From Saccostrea cucullata (Eukaryota), in assembly GCF_032062105.1 (NCBI RefSeq), contig NW_026930103.1, forward strand, positions 620,001-684,000: a DNA stretch of 64,000 bases, read 5' to 3'. Numbering within the stretch: the stretch's first letter is position 1; each line of letters starts with the position of its first letter. This document shows, piece after piece, positions 1 to 14,371 of this stretch. Under the pieces are notes generated by a model. The model did no database searches. It was not told the origin of the DNA and saw nothing but the letters and a program-made list of their open reading frames with translations. A program made the position numbers and the translations under genes.

Positions 1-1025
1 GCATATCACGTTTACGTTTCCAAGTTCTACAGTAAAAAGTATTATACAAACCAACACCTTCAAAAGAATAAATAGACAAGCAATGGTAAACTGGTCAGGA
101 AACATCTCGATCGGAAATTTTTAATCTCAATGGATTTTACTTGCAAATGGATGGAATTTCAATACAAGTCCTCCCAGTTTTAAGTTGTACGATATCCAGA
201 TTTTTGGCGGAGAAATCACAATGCATTTTGAACAGGAGTAAAACATTGCACAGAAGGGGGGGGATCTCGTTGAAAAATATTTTATGCAGATAAGAAAATG
301 GCAATTTACAGTGTTTGCCTAACATCTAGATTCGTATTTATGATGGAATTCCAATTTAAAACATGAACATTCAGAAAAAAAAACTTTTTTGTTCTCCTTA
401 AAATTCATGTTAGAAAATATGGGATATGTAAATAAGCTTTTGTTTTCTTTTGTGCAGAAATTCTTCGAAAAGTGACGTATCAATACAAAGTGCTGAACCT
501 TTATGTGACATTAAATTGAAAGTATGAATTTCTTGTTCTCTGAGTATATAAATGCTTATGTTCAAGGCACCTGCACCCATTTCTGCATTACCTCTGCTCT
601 GAGCAGATAATCTGTGTCTTAACAGTCTATTTAAAATTGATTTCACAAATGAAATAATTCCTACTGAAAACAGGAATTCATCTAAAATTAATCCGAATAC
701 GTAGAATATCTTGATCTGAACTAAATATGACAAGCGTGATTCCCAAACCTGTTTTTGAAAAGTGCATATAGATATAAATGTCTTTTTGAATAACTGCTTT
801 GACACTATAATATGCATTTCAGGAAGTTTTCAAAAATCAAATATATGCAATATGATATAAACAATAGCATTTTTACCTGTTTTTGAAAAGTGCATATAGA
901 TATAAATGTCTTTTTAAATGCATCATTTGAATAAACAATAGCATTTTTATATCCCCTAGCCTTTTGGCTATTCGATCCAGGTAAAAATGCTATTCTGCTG
1001 CCTAAAATCACATATTCCCTTGCAA

Positions 1026-4000
1026 TTATTTGTTGTCATTATTGTCATGGAAACAAGTGTTATTATCAACATCAACATAAATGACCTCTGCATTCGTGTT
1101 AGAGTTTTTTGTGCTGTTTTGCCGAGTGAAACCAAGAGAACCGAGACTGAAGGAGGCAGGAAACATAGACGTTGATATTTTCTTTTTCTTCTTGACAGGA
1201 GTAAGGCTGGAAGCTACAGAAAAAGATAAAAAAAATATTACAATACCAGCATACACAGAAGATTCATATTTCATAAGATTTCTATATGTACTTAAAGTTG
1301 ATGCAAAAGTTGAATTGCTCATCTAAGGGAAATTTGACTAAAACAAATTTTGCTCATTTTGTGACTAGCATTTGTTCAATTCTACCTCATGAATGCTCAT
1401 TACATGAAATAAAGAAAAGGCTATAAACCTTCTTAATTTTCATCATTTGTCTCTTTAATTCCAAAAGAAAGTGATGCAAAAAATCACCGTTTTATTTTTA
1501 TGACTTAATTATTCTTTATTCAAAATCTTGTAGTCTCCCTTAATGCGTATACATGTACATGACATGGAATAAGATACATTGCAAGAACTGTAGTCTTACA
1601 TCAGATTGTAAATAAATAATAATGAGCGGAATAACTGAAATACTGAATAATTAACCTGAAATGAACCGGCCATTTAATGACAAGGGAATACATATAACGT
1701 GTTTGTATTACATTCTGCAGTATTAATCCTGTCTTTATATCTAATTATTTACCTATTATTTCATCTAGTTCTCCTTCTGGAATACCTGCAGAGACAGCTC
1801 TACTGCGTAATGAGTCAATGCAGGCCTATAAAAAAACAAAATATTTTCTCAAGACATTGGTGATCATTGTATATGTACACGAACCTAGCATAACCTTAGA
1901 AGCTTGACTACCCGTATTGTTGGCACCGACTCATCCAAGTTTAACGTAAAATTTAGATCCAACATGTATAAGTAACTGGTATGAATTTCTATTAAGAATT
2001 ATAAAATATTCCTACAAAATAAATCACATTTGTATACAAGGGTTCATAGACGTGTAAAATCTTGCTCTTGTGTGAATGCGTTTTATGGAAGTGTTTTCTT
2101 TTTTCTTATATCTTTAAAGTGAGGGTGAATAAAGATTTTTTTTTTCATTTTTCAAGAAGAATCTCACTTCATCGCGATAATAAAATTAAAATAAAATACC
2201 CGTACCTGAAGTGCCTTATTGTCTGCTTTAGACGTTTTAAGATCACTGGCTACTTGTTTTTTCTGCTTATATAAAAGCTTCATCCTGAAGTGCTCGTGAT
2301 CAATAACTGCTACCACCAAACCTAAGTAAGGATAAAGAATAGGGTTAATATGATTGATTGCCTTCAGAAATTGCATCATTTATTTATTGTTCATTCAGGG
2401 CACTATCACCTCCAGTCGTTTTTGTTTTATAAAAGAATCTTCATCTGTCTGCCATCAAATGTATACAAGTAAATGGTCAGAAAAGATTCGTACATATTTC
2501 TCAGTTACAGTTATCCTTCCTTTACAGTTCGTAATAACTAAATTAACCCATTTTATAAAGATTCGCATTTGAATCTAAGCTCAATTGAGTACTTTGTATT
2601 ATTTCGATAGAATAAAGCGACTATGGTTTGGCAGTTTTTTGTCATGGCTTTACTTTTAGATAAATTGAGAAATGCATAATCATACAATGAATATTTAAAA
2701 TGATCAATAACTGTTCAATAGTTCAATAGTTGCAAAGATCAATAATATATGTAATGATCAATAACTGTTCAATAATTCAATAGATGCAAAGATCAATAAT
2801 ATATGTAATGATCAATAACTGTTCAATAGTTCAATAGTTGCAAAGATCAATAATATATGTAATGATCAAAAACTGTTCAGTATTTCTATAGATCAATGAT
2901 AAGCAATGAGTTCACAAACAATGGTCTACTGTATTATCCACATGTAATACATTAATTTATACTCGATTCTCATTATATCGCGGGTTTCATTGTATCGCGG
3001 TATATTCCAAAAAATCAGATACATAGCTCATATTCTTTTTGTTGAAAAAACTTTCTCTCTGTTGTCTAAATGTAATTCTTTGTGATGATTAAAATGCATG
3101 GAAGATGCCTCGAATTTTTTTTTTTTGTTGAAATAATAAGTAATTTTACAGATTTCCGTTTTCGTTTTTATTATATTTAGACCACTCAATTTTTAGTCTA
3201 GTAAAATCCATAATAAAGTTCATGTTTTGAAAGATTTTAGTTTGTACTATTGTTTATTTTTTGTGTAGAATTACATCGTAAATTTAAAAATAAGAATTGA
3301 AGTCTATGTCAACCATAAGTTTCCATGTTTTTCCATACCGCGATACTAGGAGACTCTCCAATTCAGTAGGTAAATAAGACTTCCTGTTTAAAAATAAACT
3401 ACAAATTAAACGATGCAAGATTGGAACATAATTTGACATTAAAAGCTTACGCCATAGTTTGGTTTATGAATATCATTTGAAGAAAGTTAAAGCAAAAAAA
3501 AAAATGAATTACACTTTTTATGCAAAAGTTTTAAGTACCGCGATATAATGAGACACCAGTATACATTAGTTATGCTTTTGAAAATATATTTATGCAGATC
3601 GTGACTGTTTAACAGAAACCAAATGAAAAATTCAAATTCTAAATTTATATTAATATGATCTATATATTTCTAATTTTAAAAAAAACTTAAAACATTAATG
3701 TTTTATTATCATTATTTCCTTACTGTGCTTTATTTGTATTATTTTGAGAAATTAAACTTTCAGATGTCACTGGGAAATTGGAAAAAAAATTCGCAGTTTG
3801 AAAACAGAAGCTACACACGAGGACCAAGATAATTTTTTTAATGAAACCATGCAGGGTAACGTTTCAGGTTGTACTCGTACATGCTTGGTCATTCTGTCGC
3901 TTAACTATTCGTCAAATGGTTGTCAGGAGTGGTCGTTTGAATTACTTCCTTAATATGTATTCATAAAAATATTTACATACATATAGGGGTTGTAAATATC

Positions 4001-7000
4001 TTGATGAGTTGAAATTTATGATAATGTTTCTATGGAAAGTCATTTTATCATACTTGAACTATAATCAAAAGTACAATTACACAATAAAACTTTTGCGAAA
4101 AGTTGAGAACCTTTCTCAATCAGATCCAGATATGAACTGTAACACTTGCACTTTCAAATAATCCAGAAAAAATACATTCTCATCATACATTTTGTCTTCA
4201 TGATGTATTTTTCGATCTGCTCCATTTTTAAAAATTGTTCTTTGGGTAAATTAAAACTATTACAGGTTTGAATCAATTTGTTATAAATATGTATTCATAA
4301 AAAATATTTACATACATGTACAATTACTAAATAAAACATTGGGGAAAAGTTGAGAACATTTCTCTTCCACATCCAGATAAAAACTTATACACTTTCACTA
4401 TCTTATAAATAATGCAGAAAGCACACTATTTCGTAATACATTTTGTCTTCATGGTTTGTTTTTGGATCTGCTCCATTATTTAAAATTGTTCTTTGGGTAA
4501 ATCAAAACTATACCACAAAAAATTATCTTTAATATATTTAAGAAAGTAAATCAACCGATTTTGTGGCCATAGAGTTTTCATCTTTAAAAGGACATTCCTT
4601 CTTTCTTACTAAACATGTAATCTAGCTTGTACAGCGAAAAATTAATTAATTAACACTGTGCTTTTTACTATAATTTCGAAATTTATGCTCCCAGGGATAG
4701 GGGATCTGGAACTAGGGTGGAGCTTTTTTGACACTTTATCAATTTTTAAGATGCTTATTTTTTCGCTGATAGATTACATGTTTAGTTAGAAAGTAAGAAT
4801 GTCCTTTTAAAGATGAAAACTCCACGGCCACAAAATCGGCTGATTTAGTGTATAACTCTAAATTTTTTCTTCCATTTTTAAAATAACAGATAACCAATCA
4901 ATATTATACTTACTGTTGACCACTCGAATGACTCTCCATGGCACAAGAAATGCCAAAATAACCACGAATTTCTGAATTTTGTAGGCACTTAGTCCTCTTA
5001 TAAAAACTAGATCCACCACAAAAGACGCCACCACGATAAAACCATCGAAGACCTTGAAATAGATTATTGTTACCTTATCTGCATGTTCATTTCAGGAACA
5101 TGAAATATAGCTGCATTTTGAAAACGGACAACATAATGGTATTTGCAACAAACAACCAACTCATTATTGTAAGTTTGTGATTAAGGATAACAACAGCATT
5201 TCTTTTTTTAATCCATTAATTGATGTAAAATTATTCTGCTGTATGATGTACATGGATATCCTTTTAAGCTTCCAAATGCATCGTGAGTAACTTAATTCTG
5301 TACTTTGTTTATCCTGACATATTATCCATCAAATCAAGCAAAATGACATCATAACTTAATTGTCATTACCTCTAACTTCTTTTCAAAATGTTCTTTTCCA
5401 CCACATATTACTTTTAAAATATTCTGAAATAAATTAGAATATTTATTTCAATGTTTTCCTGTATTTGGTATGTAATACTACACATAGTAGTCTAGAGCTG
5501 ATTTTTAAAAATCATGGATTGATAGAACTGTAACATAAATCTAAATCATAAACTTGGGATTGAACTATCGATACCTCCACAACCAATATGGCAAGGATAG
5601 AAATGCTGCAATAATGTAGTTTGTGAGCTAGAATCACTTCTAAACTATGTGAGTGATCGTCGTGTTGAATTTCTGGGTGACTCCTATTGCTAAAGTTCCA
5701 CTGATCATTGCTGACATTTGATGACCAAACTCCAGATGAGTTGTTAATGAAATATTCAGAATACACGCCAGTAGTCTCAAGGGACCGTTTGTCCAATTTC
5801 GGCTGTTGTTGATAATTAGTTTCATTATGTTGAGAATCCACAGAAGAAATAAACGCTAAAGGACTGTATGATGCAGAAGTTACCGATGTGAAATCCACTC
5901 GAGACGACAGAATCATGGAATGTAAAACATTGATGTCTGTTTCATAAAGGTTGTGTAAATCCTCTGGATATGTTGATTTCATTGTTTTCACGAAATATAA
6001 GTTAGCCATTTCTTCGTGGTCAAGAACTCCTGGAAAATCATGTTATTGAGTACATCATAGAAGAACACTCTAAAGCCACTGCAGAAATATGTCAATATTT
6101 GGCCTATGCTTAATAATTTTCAACAAAAGTCACGTAATGAAAAAATATGTCCCAAATTTAAAACCAGTCAAATAAATCAAAGGTAAAGCCTAGCTATATA
6201 TTGGCTAGTTAACTTAAACCATTATTATTATTTCTCGATTTTCTTTTCTACTGCATTAATTATAGAATTATCTGATTTGTTAAAATTGAGCTTAATGTGA
6301 GTATAAAACAAAGAAAGATTGGGTGACCGTCTAAATTTTGATATCAAAGAAAAAATATACTCACTCTTGAGATAGAATATATCCAATATGAGTTCCCCAA
6401 GCACGAGGACACAGTCAATAACATTTAAGATGACAATACACATCAACACATGTTTGGTATGCATTAAATTGTATCCCAAAAATCGTGACCTGTAAATCCA
6501 ATGAGAGTGTATCACACAGCGATAATATATATGTTAACAGAGTTCAAATGTTTCAGAATTACATTTTACAGGTCTTTAAAACAATTAAGAAACATCAAGC
6601 GAGTTTATTGATTTTGGAAGAGAGAGAGAGCACGCTATATATTAAAATGCATGCAGGCTAAATTATGAAAACTAATGTCTGACCTGCCAATACATGAAGA
6701 TGGTGGTTTTCGATTTTCCCTTTCTATTTCATATTCTAAACTCTTCTCTGTTTTGTCCAGTTCGGCATGAGCTTTTGCCATAGCTAAGACACCTGACGCC
6801 AGCGCCTAAAACATACCATAATAGATACTTCAGAGGGTAGGTAAACAACTGAGGTTAACTAAAAATGTTTAAACAGAAACGCTATATCTTCTGAAACAAA
6901 CTCTCATATTTTGTTTAAGTATTTTGGAGAAATGAATATTTATTTATTATTCAATCACAGTTTATTTTTGAAAATTTTTTTTTACAAGCTTTAGATGCAT

Positions 7001-7139
7001 TTATACAACAGTACGAAGAAGACTTGAATTTCAATCAGTTACAGTTAGTAACTTTTAAAGTAATTTATCAATAAAGACCAACCTTTAAGCCTGTGAATTC
7101 CTGCCTTCTCCTTTTCCTTTTTTGAGATAAAATCCCCAT
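1026..7139 (-). CDS. Voltage-gated proton channel, Hv3-like (HVCN1 family), paralogue A; 9 coding exons
   Basis: GT-AG exons in continuous phase: 7139-7083, 6805-6684, 6489-6365, 6029-5575, 5423-5370, 5052-4914, 2321-2206, 1825-1753, 1213-1026. S1 'LNVIDCVLVLGELILD' (cf. human Hv1 LVVLDALLVLAELILD, D112), S2 'HYCSISILAILVVENILK', S3 'VFDGFIVVASFVVDLVF', S4 'FLVPWRVIRVVNS', then a coiled-coil-like C-terminus; no pore domain. Confidence 0.9.
2701..2880. repeat. 54-bp minisatellite, about 3.3 copies (Hv-A intron)
   Basis: Unit tgatcaataactgttcaatagttcaatagttgcaaagatcaataatatatgtaa restarts at 2701, 2755, 2809, 2863. Confidence 0.9.
2958..3563. mobile_element. MITE / non-autonomous TIR element
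   Basis: Imperfect terminal inverted repeats tatactcgattctcattatatcgcgg ... ccgcgatataatgagacaccagtata; no ORF. Confidence 0.65.
3953..4510. repeat. Diverged local direct duplication
   Basis: aatatgtattcataaaaa...gatctgctccatt...aaaattgttctttgggtaaat.aaaacta occurs twice (about 3953-4260 and 4287-4510). Confidence 0.7.
4547..4848. mobile_element. MITE with about 75-bp inverted termini
   Basis: taaatcaaccgattttgtggccatagagttttcatctttaaaaggacatt...acatgtaatcta is mirrored by tagattacatgt...aatgtccttttaaagatgaaaactccacggccacaaaatcggctgattta. Confidence 0.75.
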
Positions 7140-10100
7140 TTTGGTGTTTAGTCAGAATTCTACAAGAAAAATAAACCTTCTGATTAATCCATATTTTATT
7201 CATTTCCTACTGTCGCAGCTATTTGATTACAAGAACCACGTGGTAACGATAAACTCCAATTAGCAAGGAGAAAGAGCAAGAGGAATTTGCACATGCAATT
7301 GTTGATGATTTGTTGTGACAAACATTTGAATAATTTGCTGTGATGTGTGTATCGAAATTTGAAAGAAAATTTCTGGTAATGTAATTATTTAGACGCACAT
7401 TTTTATTAATTTGTATATCTAAAATGTTGATAATATTTCTAGATTTCGATATTTTTTTCTTTCGACCTAAACTACAGAAATATTACTGACGGCAAGGTTG
7501 ATTCAATTCTATACTTGACCTGTAGAATGAAGATGGGATTTTTCATTGCAACATACTTATTGCATTATGTAGTTCATATGAATTGAAACTTTGACATTAT
7601 TAAACATCTGTCGTTAGACATGATAAAATTACGCAAGCTAGTTTCATTTTATTGATTGATTGATTTTTTTATACAGTATCACATACTTTCAAAAAATTTT
7701 AACTTCAGAATGACTCAGACTCTTGTCAACTGAAAAAAAGTTGGTGTGGTTCTAATGTTGTGAAATAATATGATTGATTGCCTAATTAAATAATGAAATA
7801 TTACAATTTACACAAAAGAAAAATTAAAATTTCTTGGAAAGTACGTATATATGACATTATTCTATCAAAATAAAACATCCATCACTTGAAACTTACTGGG
7901 GCAAGTTGATGGCTTACCAAAAAGTCCAAATTTAAAAAAAACGCAAAAATGAACGTCTTAGGATACATTTCATAACCTTACATCACATCACAGGTACTTT
8001 AACTTTCACACCCTTCCACCCCTTTTCACTTTCAAGATTAGTGCAAATGATTTTTTTTTTAGAAAGTAAGAGTCCTTACACTTTTTAATGCTATAGTTTT
8101 ATTTTATCCAGATGCATTCATGAAAACATATGATCATGCAGTCTATATATTAAAAAGATTAATAAAAAAAAACAGAAGAAATTCTTTGTTATCACTTGAA
8201 CATGGAGAAAAAACTAATCAGATTTCTCAATTATTTCATTTTTGATCATTTTACTGTATTTCACACATTATACACAATGCATAAAATGCAGTAGTCCTAA
8301 AACGCAATGCTTTATAGAAACTAATTTAAAAATGGCTGTGAATTTACTGCAAAAATTACTCTTACCATCAACGTTCTTCTCTCCCTAGCATAATAGGTAA
8401 GTGACACTAATTTCAGATGTTTTGTTGAAATTTTGTACAAATAACATTAGGTTTGGCGTTGATTAAACTGGGAGATGTGTAATGGGATAATTATTTATAT
8501 AAAAAATATGCATTAGAATTCACCAAAATTCTTTTTATTAAATGTAAAGCATAAAAAGAAGTGATTTACATTTCTGGAGAAAATGCAATTAAAGGGTCAA
8601 TTGTTTTGTAATACTATGTTTTATGACAGATTTGATTAATTATTAAATTTGTTATTTTTTACAATTCTCTTGTAAAACTTCATTGCAATATAGTTCCGGT
8701 AATTCCCTAATTTGTACAAAATTAAGGAATTTTATTTATTATTAACATAATACAGGAGAGGGGATGGCGATTTGATGAAACGTCCTTTCACAAACAACCA
8801 CCAAATGATCTTTCTTCAATGAGATTTAAAACAATGAAGCTCGTAAAAAAAACAAAAATCTATCAATTATTTGGACAAAATTTCAAAATAAGAACCAAAC
8901 CAAGGTGTCGTAGAATACATGTATCTATAACTAAAAGCTTATCAGCTTGGCCAAATTTAATTTGGTAAGAAATTAAGAAATGTTTACTAGGAGGAGTAAG
9001 TATGCTCTGTAACACATGCCGTTAACCTATATATTGATCGGGCAGACGACATACATCAAATGAAGTAGAAAAGCATGGACCTAACACATGATACATGTAA
9101 GACAAAACACTATCCAACGAGACGTTTCATTTCACAATAAAATGTTATTTTAACAACTATGGAAGTTGCGAGATCAGTGTTTTTAAACCCTTGAACATAA
9201 GCTTATTTGTCAGTGGCTTATCTAATTTAAAATTGGTTGTAATAAGGGGATGCTTGCACATCGATTCAGTTTGAAGACATAAAAATTATATGTTTTGGTT
9301 TTGTAATATTGCTAAATAATAAAGGAAAATTGACATTAATTCGGTGTAAGGATATGGGTTTTTATTTATTTTTTATTTTTTTGAAGCGCCTAAACGTTAA
9401 AAATCTGTTTGTTTGATTATTATGACTTTCTCGTAAAATTTAGATTCTATAATTAACTGTATATACAGGATGTAAATTTGAATTTTTAAGAGGAGGTTAC
9501 AAATATGAGGGATAATAAATGAGCCTGTCACCGTTTTCTTAAAATATGAATAAATAATGAATGTATCTCCATGATTCTACATTTATGTTGATTGCATGTT
9601 CAGTAAATGAAGTTTTTATTTGAAAACGCATGGAGGAAAGTGGCATGTTCAATTTTAATACTAAGCAGAAAATATCAGCTTGCAAATTCGTTGTCATGTA
9701 TAGGTTAAGGGCAAAAGCGTACAAGTTACATCATGACATTATTTGATGGTTGATTCAATTTCGAAAATGCTGACATTAGAGATCTACTGTTTAATGCCCT
9801 TTCTTCACCAGTATTTCGAGACTGAAAATACTTTGCATAGGCTGTGGATTTGAAACAATATGTTTGGTACTGATAGAAGATTTCGATCAGTGCCAATGTG
9901 AAAAAAATCATATGTTGAATGAAGTGCAAATTAGTGGGTAATCCTGATTGGTAAATATCAAATGGTTGACATTTCTCTGATAGAACTGAATATTATTAGA
10001 AATATTTCACTTTTAATAAAATCCTTGTCATATCAATATTAAACTATAAAAGATGTGGACTATCGAAAAAAGATACATGTACTATTATAGGATTTGACAT

Positions 10101-10858
10101 GTCTATATGGTCATAGGTGAAATGAATGCCATAAATACACAAAAGATTACCATGAAAACATCTCAATGAGAACATTAATAGTTGTAAACAGATATAAACA
10201 TATCTTTTACACACCGAATTCGTCAATGGATTATTTCATTCTTTCCAAAACTTGACACGGAGCACACGGCGGATGTGACAGGTTGGTAGGGGATGCTCAC
10301 CCCTTCATTGCACTTGATCCAACTCCTGATGTTTTAAAGGTCCGTGTTTGCTCTGCTCCAGACTTTGTATTGTTTAATGAACTTTTGAGCTTGAATATTG
10401 TTTTCCATCTCCATATTTTTTCCCTTTTTTATTCCGACTGACAAACATCGGTATCAAATGAACTTGATTCATTTTTTTAAAAGCTTATAATCAATTAAAA
10501 ACATTTGTTTATTGAAATTTCACCCAATTTCATACTCTTTCCTCGCCCTTTTTAATAGGGAAGGGAGCACCTTTGATTCTCGATTCAAACCTATGACGTA
10601 AACAACGGTTTTGATATTCCCTCATCAAGTCTAGAAAAAAAAGTCAATGTTCATTTGGATGACATCTTAAAACTGATGTCCCATGTCACAGTGGTGTTAA
10701 CAAAACAAAGGACTCTCACTGCTCAAAGGCCCCGAGAGTCAAATGGAGATCTAAAATTGATTTAATGATGACTCTATTTGAAAGCAAAAAATCTTGAGTT
10801 GGACTTAAAACACCACAAATACAATTAATCTTAATCAATTCTTTTCTTGTTAAAAAAA

Positions 10859-12090
10859 TACGGTTTTTTCAATTTTTCCAGGAAAGCCGCGGCTTATTTT
10901 AAGTTTTGGTAAGAAAGTTGGGGCTTATTTTCAAAACCGGCTTATTTTCAAATTCCGGCTTATTATCAATGCAAAAAACTGGTAAGAGAAGAGAGCACAA
11001 TTTCGGTTTATTTTCAATACAATCATTGAATAAAGTGTAATCGATAGAATAGGAAGTACTTGTTCGATTTAAAATTAAACCATCATGAATTTAATAAAAT
11101 AAAATAATTACAATAATACTTTGTTCAGTATCTTGCGTGTAGAAAAAAAATACTTAAAAGTGGAAAGTTTGACAAGGAGGAAACATTAACGAATGACTTT
11201 AGCTCGTCAAAGTTTTCTCTCGTCATTTTTTTACTCATTGGCATTCCCCGGTGTATGTTTTCTTTTGGTCTATGGTGTAATCGTCTACTTTATATTTTGA
11301 GAATGTCGATCCCGAAAAGATAATTTCATTGTTTACAGCTTATAAATTTACATGAAATATAAACTTGTTTTTGAAAAGTAAAAATAAAATATAAGATATC
11401 CGCTTGTAATTGAATCACTTGATAAATTAGTCAAACAAACACATATTTAACCAACTCAATTATACGGTACATTGAAATGTAATTACTACCAAGCCCTGCT
11501 GATTAGCACGTTTCTTGCCTCGGGCAGTGTTACCTGACAGTTAAATGCTTTACAAACAAAATCTTCCTTTTATCCGTTTACTTATTTAATTATAACAATT
11601 TTAAACACACTGTTAGCTTGTACAGGTCTGGATGAGATAATTATTGTTTCTGACAATTTTATGAAAAAAAAATTCACCATGTTACTGGTTCCGCAATGAA
11701 TTTTTTTTAGCCAGCGTAACATGCTTACTGGTAAAAAAAATAACAACTTTAAAAACTACCCACTATTAGGAATTTTACATAAGTTCATTTGTTTCTACAG
11801 ACTTAGTTCGTATCATGTCGTATGCAGAAATTGGTAAAGGTTAAATGAATTAAAGAAAGATAACTCAGTTTATTTTGCACAGTAAAAAAAATCGTCGAAG
11901 TTTTCAATCGTCAAATTTTTAAGACGAGGCAATCGTCAAACGTTTAACATCTTTCCTAAATGGCATTGTCATGACCGGCTTATTTTCAGAACTGGCTTAT
12001 TTTCGAGTAATTTTTAATGCAAGAAATAGGTGGCTTATTTTCAAAACCGGCTTATTATTAAATCCGTCTTATTTTCAAGATTTTAGGGTA
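10859..12090. mobile_element. Non-autonomous DNA transposon with subterminal GGCTTATTTT repeats
   Basis: Termini tacggt...agggta; clusters of (cc)ggcttattttc at 10889-10968 and 11976-12078, like transposase-binding-site arrays of Tc1/pogo-type MITEs. Confidence 0.6.
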
Positions 12091-13058
12091 TGACTGAAGT
12101 GGAAAAATGAGGAAAACTTAAATGTTCGAGCCTTTATCCACATATTATAGAATTGCTCTATTAAAATATCATATTATATCAAGGTAGGATTCTTCTTTGG
12201 TTTCTGAGTAGATGAAATATTCAATGTACTAGTATATTCATATATATATGTCTTATATATTTAGGTGAAAGAGATTTAAAAGAACCACATTTTTCTTTTC
12301 TCATCACAATTGCTCAACCTTATATAGAAATGGTAAATTGAGTTCGAAAACTAGCAGGTACAGCGCATATATTCATATTTATATATGTCTTATATATTTA
12401 GGTGAAAGATATCTTCTCACAATTTCAACCAGAAAAGATGAAAATATCTTCTTTTGATCACGTACCGACCCACTTCAATTCCCATTGAAGTTTATAAACT
12501 TGTTATTTATTACTTATATATACATTTGAGATAGACGATTGAATATTTTCGAATAAAATTATTGCACTAACCGTCCGTCGTAGATTTTAAAAGAAGACGC
12601 AAGGTGTAAATCGGCTTGAATGGCGGTTACGCTTCGAATTCATCTGGCTAAGGATTTTATTTCTAAGGGACTATTTTGTGAAAGGCTACTTGTGATCAGT
12701 TATAGTGAACAGATTGTTGTCTGGGAATATTTCTATTCGTGAAATTGAATATCAATGCAGAAAAGACACAAGAAACACGTCCGAAGATCAATGATAAAAA
12801 GTTGGAGGAATTTCGGTCGCCAGAAAGGGATGGATGATCCGATGGATGGAAACACTTGACCGTACCAGTTAATTTGCAATCAAGTATTTAAGATCAAAAA
12901 CATTACCCTACAATTTCAATAACTAAAGACATATTCATGATGTAAACAAAACACGGGGACACTAGCAAAAGCTTACATTGAACTACGACAGCGATGAGGT
13001 GTTTGATAGGCCTATTTTACAACAGATTGACACATTCATCGTAAGTAGAATTCGATGA

Positions 13059-14146
13059 AACAAGCTAATTCAGAGAATTCGTGTCCCCCGCTTAGGAAAA
13101 AAGTCGGATCCCCCTGACTGAATTTGTAGAATTATTAAAATTATACATGTATACTGAAGAAATACATGTATGTCAATATGCATATAAAGCTTATTCTTTA
13201 TTATTCTTTATTATGTGTATAGAAGATTCTTTTTATATGGAATATTTATCACACTGTAAAGATGATTTTATAACCACATGCTGAATACTATCATTTAGTA
13301 AAATAAAGAAAAGTTTTGTTTTTTTTAAAAAAAAAAAGAAAGGATCGACCGAGATTCGATCCCAGGACCTCTCCCATGAGAAGCGAGAGACATACCACTA
13401 GACCACGGAATCGCTTTACATGGGGTTAAGTATATGCAGAACTGAAGTTACATACATGTATATATTCATGTTCGGTATTCTCGAAATTTTACACGATCCA
13501 TGGTGTTTGATAAAGTCCGCCGGGAACCTGTTTTATACGCAATAACTCTCCTCATGCCCCTGTGCTAAAAATAGCGACATGTAATACTATAAATACTAAT
13601 AAAACAAACGAGGCGGGGCACTTTGAGAGGGGTGAGAGAGGTTCTAGGGAGTTTTGGTGTAAGATTATATTGCATAAGCGCAAAATCTTCTTGAAATATC
13701 GCCCGGAAATGATAGTGTTACACACAGACAGAATGTATAAATATACGACCTTGAACTTTGACCTTTTGACCTCAAAATCAATAGGGGTCTTCATTAGGCC
13801 ACAGGGAGTTGTAATGTAAAATTTCATTGCGATAGCTCAAATGGTTCTAGAGATATCGTGTGGAAACGAAAGTGTTATAACAGACAGACTTTGCTTATTT
13901 ATGACCTTGACCTTTGACCTTTTGACCTCAAAATCAATAGGGGTCATCTTTAGTCCATAGGGAGTTGCTATGCTAAATTTCATTGCAAAAGCTGAAAGGG
14001 TTCTCTAGATATCGTGTGGAAACGAAAGCGTTACAGACAGACAGAAAGACGGACGGACGGACAAACCCAAATTAATATCCCCCACTTTTCAAGCGGGGGA
14101 CAAAAAATGTATGAAGTACTTGTTAACGTTGTAAATAAAATAATTA
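13059..14146 (+). mobile_element. Helentron-associated non-autonomous element (HINE-like) with internal ~170-bp repeats
   Basis: Starts acaag..., subterminal inverted pair tgtccccc (13082)/gggggaca (14135), internal repeats gacctttgacctcaaaatcaataggggtc, (GACG/GACA)n microsatellite at 14034-14063, 3' hairpin followed by an A-run. Confidence 0.7.
13342..13412 (-). pseudogene. tRNA-like segment (CTC anticodon, Glu-like) inside the HINE
   Basis: Minus strand GATTCCGTGGTCTAGTGGTATGTCTCTCGCTTCTCATGGGAGAGGTCCTGGGATCGAATCTCGGTCGATCC: A-box TGGTCTAGTGG, B-box-like GGATCGAATC, imperfect stems. Confidence 0.5.
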
Positions 14147-14371
14147 TTATTTCACTTGCATATTTTGTGCATTTTTATACATGAAAAGCAAGTACAGCAA
14201 AAAAATTTATATATATGTTCCGGTAGATATTATTGCGCCGTGTGATTAGGTCACGTATTGACCTCTGACCTCAGACAAACTTCATACAGAATTGAAGATA
14301 TTTGTTCTCCGTATGTTTATATAATAGAGAGATACCACAAATGTATATATTATACAATGAAAGACTTGAAG

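Noticed and set aside
410-1011. Minus-strand ORFs of 135 and 68 aa sharing FKKTFISICTFQKQV
   Set aside because: Similarity comes from a short local duplication (about 747-790 and 876-915); a possible small exon near 592-663 cannot be tied to any gene.
1026-1322. 98-aa ORF as a standalone gene
   Set aside because: Its 3' part is the last exon of Hv paralogue A (acceptor at 1214-1215); the rest is intron.
13342-13412. Functional tRNA-Glu
   Set aside because: Acceptor, anticodon and T stems are imperfect and it is embedded in a repeat.
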